Source: Archangium sp. (GTDB taxonomy: Bacteria; Myxococcota; Myxococcia; Myxococcales; Myxococcaceae). From it: 10,566 bases of DNA. The stretch lies in NCBI GenBank assembly GCA_031367385.1, contig JANLPS010000535.1, positions 1 to 10,566 of the forward strand, read 5' to 3'. Numbering within the stretch: the stretch's first letter is position 1; each line of letters begins with the position of its first letter. This document shows positions 1-5,330 of this stretch, in pieces. The notes under the pieces are model-generated. The model searched no databases and had not been told where the DNA came from. It worked only from the letters and a program-made list of their open reading frames with translations. Both the position numbers and the translations under genes were made by a program.

Positions 1-403
1 CCGGCTGCAAGCGAATCAACTGCCGCCAGACGAGCGTCGCCTCGATGTTGCCCGCGAACAGCATCGGTTCTTTGTCTTTCGAGTCGGCCTCGTCGATCAT
101 CAGACCCTCGATGCGGTACTTGAGGGGTATGATCGACAACCCCACAGACTTGAAATCGCCCTTGTACCCGGGCATCGAGTTGAGCTCTTTGCGAGTGAAA
201 TACGTCGCGAGGGGGTTGATCAGCAGCGGTACCGCGAGCAGCAGCACGACCACAAACACGAGCAGCCAGAACCACACCCGTTTGTAGATCGGCTTCTTGG
301 TGCCCCCCCTTTTCGCGACCTTCTGCGCCTTCGCCGGCGGCGTCGCGTCTCGATAGGCTGCCTCGAGGCCATAGGGGTCACTCTGCGGTCGCAAGCTGTT
401 CAT
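1..403 (-). CDS. DUF748/AsmA-like membrane-anchored protein, N-terminal part (runs off the left edge)
   Basis: Not in the ORF track; translated by hand from ATG at 403-401 as MNSLRPQSDPYGLEAAYRDATPPAKAQKVAKRGGTKKPIYKRVWFWLLVFVVVLLLAVPLLINPLATYFTRKELNSMPGYKGDFKSVGLSIIPLKYRIEGLMIDEADSKDKEPMLFAGNIEATLVWRQLIRLQP. It is open to the window edge. A basic patch plus one TM helix followed by 'LNSMPGYKGDF..V.L' resembles DUF748 N-termini. The ATG overlaps the upstream TGA (ATGA). Confidence 0.75.
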   Translation of the reverse strand, partial: MNSLRPQSDPYGLEAAYRDATPPAKAQKVAKRGGTKKPIYKRVWFWLLVFVVVLLLAVPLLINPLATYFTRKELNSMPGYKGDFKSVGLSIIPLKYRIEGLMIDEADSKDKEPMLFAGNIEATLVWRQLIRLQP

Positions 404-858
404 GGCCGTCGCGCCTGGTTTTTTGGAGCCGCTCTCTGGCCCTTGCTCGGCAGCATCTTTCGCACCGCCACCTTGCCCGCTTCACTGATCGCGAAGGTGA
501 GCACGGTCAGCCCAACGTGCCTTGCGACCTGGGCCAGCATCGAAGGTGGAGGTGGGCGCCGAGCGAAGGTGATCACCCGCTGACGCTTTCGGCGCGACAT
601 CACGAACGCGGTGATCGACCCCGCTGCGATCAACGCCCCTGCCACGATGGCCGCTGGCACGACGCCCGCCGCGATCAGCGTGCTCGGCTTGGTGAGGTGA
701 TGGCGTTTCTCATCGAGCGCATCGACGGCTTTGAGCAACCGCTCCCGGGCCTCTTTCGCGCGCTGCTCGAGCACCGCGGTGTCGACAGGCTTGGTGACAT
801 CGGGTTCTTCAATCGGCTGTTTGGTGGCCTGAGCTGGAATCGTCGAATCGGTTTTCAT
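400..858 (-). CDS. Small membrane protein with a DUF3618-like N-terminal helix (152 aa)
   Basis: 'LEQRAKEARERLLKAVDALDEK' resembles the DUF3618 amphipathic helix and is followed by a TM segment (LIAAGVVPAAIVAGALIAAGSITAFVM) and a basic stop-transfer (SRRKRQR). GGGAG lies 9 nt upstream of the ATG. ATGA overlaps at both ends. It sits directly after a holin_3_6 domain gene, the usual context. Confidence 0.7.
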   Translation of the reverse strand: MKTDSTIPAQATKQPIEEPDVTKPVDTAVLEQRAKEARERLLKAVDALDEKRHHLTKPSTLIAAGVVPAAIVAGALIAAGSITAFVMSRRKRQRVITFARRPPPPSMLAQVARHVGLTVLTFAISEAGKVAVRKMLPSKGQRAAPKNQARRP

Positions 859-2345
859 GCCACATGCTCCCGCAGTTGGTTGATGTCATTGACGAGGTGC
901 TTGCGCGTTCGCGCCATCGGTTTCTTCGGCAGCAGCGAGTAGCCGACGCCCGCCGCGATCACGCCCACCACCAAGAAACCACCCGCCACAATCGCTGCGA
1001 CCCCGGCGGTGCCCCCAAGCGCAAGCACCAGAGCCACGCCCAGCAGTGCGAACATCGAAACGACGCAACCCGCTGCGATGGCGAAGCCGATGCCCGCAGT
1101 CGCGGTCGCTTTGACCTCTTTGGAGAGCTCTTCTTTGGCCAACGCCACTTCGATGGCGATCAGCTCGCGCGCCTCGCGAAAGGCGGTCTCTACCAGCTCG
1201 ACGGTGCTCGGAGCATTGAGCGGTTTGACCGCCTTCGTGTCGAGCGGCGACGAACGTGACGTCACCGCGTTCGAGGGCATCGACGCCGTGCCTGCAGTGA
1301 CGGCCTGGGCTTCTTCGTGGGTCTTTTTCACGCCGGTCTCCTCGACGATGCTGTGAACGTTGAGCAATTTATTTTCGACTCGGCGGGCCACCCGATCGAG
1401 CAACACCCACTCTTCGAAGGGCAGCTCGGCTTGGGTCGTCTCGACGACGATCTCCTTGAGCCTCGTTTTGATGCTTGAGCCAATTTGATCAACCGACTCA
1501 TGGCGATCGAGCACCTCCCACAGCCGCCCCAGCTCATCTTGAATGTCTTGCGCCTTCTCGTCGGCTACCAGGTAGGCGTCTCGCTCGAGCAGCGTTCGGT
1601 TGAGCATCGCCCGAACCTTCGCGACCAGCGTCTTCTCGCCTCGAATCAGCAAGTCGGCCGGGTAGAGGTAAAGCTCGATGCCCTTCGCGCGAATTCGGAG
1701 CGGGTTCGCAACCACCAGCGAGTCGACCGCGCCCCTCGCGAAGAACTGAATCACCTTGGTCGACAGCGCCATGCGGGTTGGCACCTTCGAGGCACGCGGC
1801 TCGATTCCGGCCATGACGCAGGCTTCACAGAGGTTTCGCAGCGCGTCGAGGTAGCGATCTTTCTTCGGCTGCACGTAGATGTGCTGCTCGTCCCACCGGC
1901 GAAACAGGGTGGCGATCTTCACCAGGGGCACGGTCACCAGCGTGATGATGAACGAGAGGGCGAAGCCCAGCGCGAGTGGGTACCCGTTGAGCACCGACAC
2001 GAAGAAACTGTTCCGGCGCGCATCTGGGGAAACCACTCGGGTCAGAATGCCGACGATCACCGGGGCGAGCACGGCCATCGCGATCCAAATGACGCGCATC
2101 ACCTGACTCGTGCCCAGGTCTTTGACCGGCACGAAGGCGATCACGAACGCTGCGGTCTTGGGTACGAAAGCGCCGACCACGAAGATGGGCCAGAACAGCG
2201 ACATCACCAACGCGACCGAGATCAAGATCTGCTTCTGCGAAGAGAGCTTGCCGAAGAGGGCTGAGATCGACCACCCGAAGACTGCTTGGAGCAAGTCTCC
2301 GAGCTTTCTCGCAAGCGCACTGAAGAGTGTCGTCAAAATCGCCAT
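855..2345 (-). CDS. Multi-pass membrane protein: uncharacterised N-terminal domain fused to a C-terminal Phage_holin_3_6 (YqjE-like) domain (496 aa)
   Basis: Start reassigned to ATG at 2345 (MAILTTLFSALARKLG...). The ORF-track extension to 2564 overlaps the divergent BON gene and spans a sigma54 motif. About 4 TM segments, then a soluble domain, then a linker, then 'STVELVETAFREARELIAIEVALAKEELSKEVK' + 2 TM + 'PMARTRKHLVND', typical of the holin_3_6 family (about 858-1208). Confidence 0.8.
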   Translation of the reverse strand: MAILTTLFSALARKLGDLLQAVFGWSISALFGKLSSQKQILISVALVMSLFWPIFVVGAFVPKTAAFVIAFVPVKDLGTSQVMRVIWIAMAVLAPVIVGILTRVVSPDARRNSFFVSVLNGYPLALGFALSFIITLVTVPLVKIATLFRRWDEQHIYVQPKKDRYLDALRNLCEACVMAGIEPRASKVPTRMALSTKVIQFFARGAVDSLVVANPLRIRAKGIELYLYPADLLIRGEKTLVAKVRAMLNRTLLERDAYLVADEKAQDIQDELGRLWEVLDRHESVDQIGSSIKTRLKEIVVETTQAELPFEEWVLLDRVARRVENKLLNVHSIVEETGVKKTHEEAQAVTAGTASMPSNAVTSRSSPLDTKAVKPLNAPSTVELVETAFREARELIAIEVALAKEELSKEVKATATAGIGFAIAAGCVVSMFALLGVALVLALGGTAGVAAIVAGGFLVVGVIAAGVGYSLLPKKPMARTRKHLVNDINQLREHVA

Positions 2346-2357
2346 GCCGAGCCGATG

Positions 2358-2373
2358 TGCAGTGCTTGTGCCA
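2358..2373 (-). promoter_or_regulatory. sigma54 (RpoN) -24/-12 promoter for the leftward operon
   Basis: The minus strand reads TGGCACAAGCACTGCA against the consensus TGGCACGNNNNTTGCW, with exact GG-N10-GC spacing. Predicted TSS about 2347, 2 nt before the ATG at 2345. Confidence 0.75.
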
Positions 2374-2420
2374 CTGAAATCGGCGTCCCCCAGGCCCCGC
2401 GGTGTGGCGATCTTGTCGAT

Positions 2421-2440
2421 GTCTCCCTCCCCTCGGAGAC
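2421..2440. promoter_or_regulatory. Spaced palindrome GTCTCC-N8-GGAGAC, a candidate transcription-factor binding site
   Basis: Perfect 6-bp inverted repeat in the divergent intergenic region, between the two sigma54-like motifs. Confidence 0.35.
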
Positions 2441-2455
2441 GGCCTGGCTTCTGCA
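2440..2455 (+). promoter_or_regulatory. Putative sigma54 promoter for the BON lipoprotein gene
   Basis: CGGCCTGGCTTCTGCA has GG-N10-GC spacing and a TGCA -12 element. Predicted TSS about 2466, upstream of the GGAGG RBS (2476-2480) and ATG 2485. Confidence 0.45.
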
Positions 2456-2484
2456 GCAGGCGCCGCGCAGACCCTGGAGGGACC

Positions 2485-2875
2485 ATGTCACCTCGAAACA
2501 CGCTGATTGTTGCGCTCACCGTTCTCGCCGCCTGCGCCACTTCAACCGAGGTCAGCCGGGCCACGCCGCATCAAGCCAGTGCACATCGGAGTGCCCGAAT
2601 CGCGCGACCTCGACGGAGGCTTGACCGTCGCCGAGCAGTCGCTGGCCCCGGACGACGTTGAGCTGCGTGAGACGATTCGCGACGCGCTGCTCGCCGACCC
2701 GTACCTCTCGACCACCGCGAAGAGCGTGAACATCGTCTCGAACGAGAAACACGTCACGCTGCGGGGCTTCGTGGCCTCTGAAACCGAGCGCAAGCGCGTC
2801 GCGGGCTACGCAGCCGAAATCGCGGGCGGCTCAGAGCAGGTCGACAACCTCCTGCAGGTACCCGCCGCACAATGA
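2485..2875 (+). pseudogene. BON-domain (OsmY-like) lipoprotein gene interrupted by a +1 frameshift (real lesion or sequencing error)
   Basis: GGAGG RBS + ATG 2485 give MSPRNTLIVALTVLAAC (lipobox LAAC, Cys at 2533), but that frame stops at 2661 after 58 aa. The BON domain (DVELRETIRDALLADPYLSTTAKSVNIVSNEKHVTLRGFVASETERKRVAGYAAEIAGGSEQVDNLLQV) is in the +1 frame and ends at TGA 2875. Removing one base near 2551-2570 gives a 129-aa lipoprotein. Confidence 0.75.
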
Positions 2876-2921
2876 GGCATGTTTGCGGCGGGCAACTCCT
2901 CGAATTTTCGAGCGCTTTGGT

Positions 2922-2937
2922 GGGCCCGAGACTTGAA
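2922..2937 (+). promoter_or_regulatory. Putative variant sigma54 promoter for the general stress protein gene
   Basis: GGGCCCGAGACTTGAA has GGCCCG-N4-TTGA in the correct register, but GA replaces GC at -12. Predicted TSS about 2948; ATG at 2951 with no Shine-Dalgarno. Confidence 0.4.
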
Positions 2938-2950
2938 CAGCGGCCCCCCC

Positions 2951-3523
2951 ATGCAAACCACAACCAACTCCGATGCGAATGCCAAACAAGTCGAGAGCGA
3001 CGCCAAGGGCGAACAGCTCGCGAGCAAAGACGAACGAACCCTGTTGCATGACTTGCTCAAAGAGTTTTCGACCCTGATGGTCGCGACCTACGACAAGACC
3101 GGCAAGCACCCCCGCCTCAACGCTCGCCCAATGCAAGTCGCGAAGCTCGAAGACGACTGCTCGTTGGTCTTCATCACCGCGAAGCCGTCAGAGAAAGTGA
3201 CCGAGGCCCAGCACATCGACGGCAACGTCATCGGCCAGTCGATGATGCGGCAGGTCAGCCTGTACGGCACGTTCGAGATCTCGACCGATCGCGCCAAGAT
3301 GGCCGAGGTCTGGTCGAAGGGCTTCGACGTCTGGTTTCCCGCAGGCAAAGAAGACCCGAACGCGTGCCTAATGACCTTCAAACCCCGCGACGCCGAGCTG
3401 TGGGACTCATCGGGCCTCAAGGGGTTGCGCTACCTCTTGGAGTCGGCCAAAGCCCTGCTCACCAAGACCACCCCGGAGTCGTCGTCGGACCAACACGCCA
3501 AGCTCAAGCTGAATCGGGCCTAA
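2951..3523 (+). CDS. General stress protein 26 / pyridoxamine 5'-phosphate oxidase-like FMN-binding split-barrel protein (190 aa)
   Basis: Family motifs: TLMVAT..., 'LNARPMQV', 'LVFIT', 'SEKVTE', 'VSLYG...STDRAKMAEVWSKGFDVWFPAGKEDPN.CLM..KPRDAELWD'. ATG 2951 is preferred over 2879. Confidence 0.88.
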   Translation: MQTTTNSDANAKQVESDAKGEQLASKDERTLLHDLLKEFSTLMVATYDKTGKHPRLNARPMQVAKLEDDCSLVFITAKPSEKVTEAQHIDGNVIGQSMMRQVSLYGTFEISTDRAKMAEVWSKGFDVWFPAGKEDPNACLMTFKPRDAELWDSSGLKGLRYLLESAKALLTKTTPESSSDQHAKLKLNRA

Positions 3524-3551
3524 TCGCCGGCAATCCGCCTCGAAATGAGGG

Positions 3552-3602
3552 CAAAAAGTCGCGCCGCGGGGCCTCATTTCGGGTCGCGCGGCGCTTTTTG
3601 TT
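3552..3602 (+). terminator. Probable intrinsic terminator (possibly bidirectional) after the stress-protein gene
   Basis: Stem GCGCCGCG (3561-3568) / CGCGGCGC (3587-3594) is followed by TTTTTGTT, with an A-tract (CAAAAAG) on the 5' side. Confidence 0.6.
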
Positions 3603-3654
3603 CGTGGGGGCCAAACAGTTGGTGCCACCGATGAATATTGGTAGCACTCAGGCG

Positions 3655-3670
3655 TAGAATGTCGCCGAGG
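3655..3670 (+). promoter_or_regulatory. Putative sigma70 -10 box and RBS for the beta-barrel gene
   Basis: TAGAAT (3655-3660), then GAGG (3667-3670) 6 nt before ATG 3677. No convincing -35 element. Confidence 0.4.
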
Positions 3671-3676
3671 TCCCCC

Positions 3677-4591
3677 ATGATTCGACGTTCCTTTCCACTC
3701 CTCGTCATTGCTCTGTTGGCGTCGACCCCGGCGTCGGCACGCTTCGGCAAATCGGGCGGCAGCGGCTCGAGCTCGTCTTCGTCTTCGAGCAGCGTGCATC
3801 GCGCCGCTCCGGTTGGCTCGGTGCCCCGCTCCTCCGGTACCAACTCCTCGTCGTACAACGCTGGCGGCTACTCGACAGGGTACGGGCCGGGCTTCGGCTA
3901 CGGGTACAACCCGTGGCGCTACGGCTATTACAGCGGAGCGTTCGTGCCGATGTACGGCTACGGCTTCGGGTATTACGCGGCCTCTCCCTACGGGTACGGG
4001 TATCGCTCGCCGTATGGCTACGCGCCGGGCGTGGTCGACTCGGGCGTACGTCAAGAACCGTCGTCGCTCCGGGTCACGATCGGCCTCGAGGCCACCCCCT
4101 ATGTGAGCTCGGAGCGCGGCGGCTTCGGCCTCGGCGGCGTCGCGATGTTCGAAGGCCAGCGGTGGGGCGTCAGCTTGCTCTTTCAAAACATCGCCGCGCC
4201 TTCGCAAGATGGGCTCAGCACGTTCGATCACATTCAACAATTCAATGCCCACGCGACCTTCGCGTTTCTGACCGGCAAGTACGGCCGCCTTCGCATCGAA
4301 GCGGGCGCTGATTCACTGTTCGCCTCGAACCTGGTCGTGCTCGCGCCGACTGCCGGTCTCTCGGGCTCGCTCTGGGTCGGCGGCCCCGTCGCCCTCGAGG
4401 CCAGCGTGATGGTGACCCCCTGGCCCATTCGTCAGCTCGATATGCGTGGCGGCATCGTGGTCGGCCTGGGCCCCATCGGCTTGCGGGCCGGGTGGCGTAC
4501 GCAGGTGCTCGATGATCAAGGCCTCGTCGACGGCATCGTCAACCACGACACGTTCATGGGGCCCTACGCCGGTGTCAGCGTCGTGTTCTGA
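3677..4591 (+). CDS. Exported protein: Ser/Gly linker + Gly/Tyr-rich region + predicted ~10-strand outer-membrane beta-barrel (304 aa)
   Basis: Sec signal peptide MIRRSFPLLVIALLASTPASA, then poly-Ser and GYG repeats. The C-terminal ~175 aa alternate hydrophobic and polar residues and end in GPYAGVSVVF (terminal Phe, beta-signal-like). Confidence 0.75.
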   Translation: MIRRSFPLLVIALLASTPASARFGKSGGSGSSSSSSSSSVHRAAPVGSVPRSSGTNSSSYNAGGYSTGYGPGFGYGYNPWRYGYYSGAFVPMYGYGFGYYAASPYGYGYRSPYGYAPGVVDSGVRQEPSSLRVTIGLEATPYVSSERGGFGLGGVAMFEGQRWGVSLLFQNIAAPSQDGLSTFDHIQQFNAHATFAFLTGKYGRLRIEAGADSLFASNLVVLAPTAGLSGSLWVGGPVALEASVMVTPWPIRQLDMRGGIVVGLGPIGLRAGWRTQVLDDQGLVDGIVNHDTFMGPYAGVSVVF

Positions 4592-4614
4592 AACGGGTGT
4601 GGTAGCAGACCTTC

Positions 4615-5325
4615 ATGGTCGCTCCCCGGCTGGTGTTGCTGCGCCCCCGTAACGCTGAGAACCTCGGGGCCATCGCTCGCGCGATGAAGAACTTCGGGCT
4701 CACCGATTGGGTCGTAGTCTCTCCCAACCCGCTCTTGCTCGAGGCGCCGGGCCTCAACAGGTTGGCCGTGAAAGCCGGAGACCTCCTCGAATCGGTGCGT
4801 CGCGTCGATTCACTCGAAGAGGCCGTCGCCGACTGCTCGTGGGTCGTCGGCACCACCATGCGCCGCATCGACGGCAGGCGGCGGCTCACCCCTCGCGAGC
4901 TCTCGGGCCTGGTCAACGAGCGCAATGACGCGCGCTGGGCCCTGGTCTTCGGTGATGAACGCAGTGGGCTCGACAATGATGACTTGAGGCAATGTCATGA
5001 TCTGTCCTTCATCGCCTCGAACGACGATCAGCCCTCCCTGAACCTCGCGCAGGCCGTGATGGTCTACGCGTACGAGCTGTCGAGCAGTGAGCGCAGCACG
5101 AGCGTGCCTCCGGCGCCCTCGGCGGCCAGCGATGGTGACCTGCGACAGGTGCGTCAGTCGATGGAGCTCGCCCTGGCCAGCATCGGGTTTCTGAGCAAGG
5201 GCGGCGACGAACGGCATGCCCTCGACGACTTGCACGCCACCCTCGCGCGCTCGCGCCTCTCGAAGAAAGAAGCAACCCTGTGGACAGCGGTGATGCGCGT
5301 GGTGTCGAAGCGAGGCAAGATGTAA
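4615..5325 (+). CDS. trmJ: SPOUT-class RNA methyltransferase, TrmJ/LasT family (tRNA C32/U32 2'-O-methyltransferase-like)
   Basis: Motifs: LVLLRPRNAENLGAIARAMKNFG, VVGTT.R, ALVFGDERSGL.N..L..C, SLNLAQAV..AYEL, plus a TrmJ-type C-terminal helical domain. Confidence 0.9.
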   Translation: MVAPRLVLLRPRNAENLGAIARAMKNFGLTDWVVVSPNPLLLEAPGLNRLAVKAGDLLESVRRVDSLEEAVADCSWVVGTTMRRIDGRRRLTPRELSGLVNERNDARWALVFGDERSGLDNDDLRQCHDLSFIASNDDQPSLNLAQAVMVYAYELSSSERSTSVPPAPSAASDGDLRQVRQSMELALASIGFLSKGGDERHALDDLHATLARSRLSKKEATLWTAVMRVVSKRGKM

Positions 5326-5330
5326 CGACT

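Noticed and set aside
303..309. C7 homopolymer (also C7 at 2944-2950) as a phase-variation tract
   Set aside because: Short for a contingency locus in GC-rich DNA, and the reading frame through 303-309 is intact.
855..1208. Holin domain as evidence of a prophage or lysis cassette
   Set aside because: No endolysin, integrase or structural phage genes are nearby. Holin_3_6/YqjE-like genes are commonly chromosomal, and the context here is stress/envelope genes.
2346..2564. 73-aa N-terminal extension of the 569-aa minus-strand ORF
   Set aside because: It overlaps the divergent BON gene start and runs through the promoter region; ATG 2345 fits better.
3612..3627. Minus-strand TGGCAC as another sigma54 promoter
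   Set aside because: It has no GC at the -12 position (TGGCACCAACTGTTTG) and no minus-strand gene downstream.
4598..4617. Extended -10-like TGTGGTAGCAG just before the trmJ ATG (possible leaderless promoter)
   Set aside because: It lacks the conserved final T of the -10 hexamer, and the 23-bp gap is equally consistent with co-transcription.
5280..5330. Upstream GTG start for the metallohydrolase
   Set aside because: It overlaps the end of trmJ and adds residues ahead of the signal peptide; GTG 5331 places the signal at the N-terminus.
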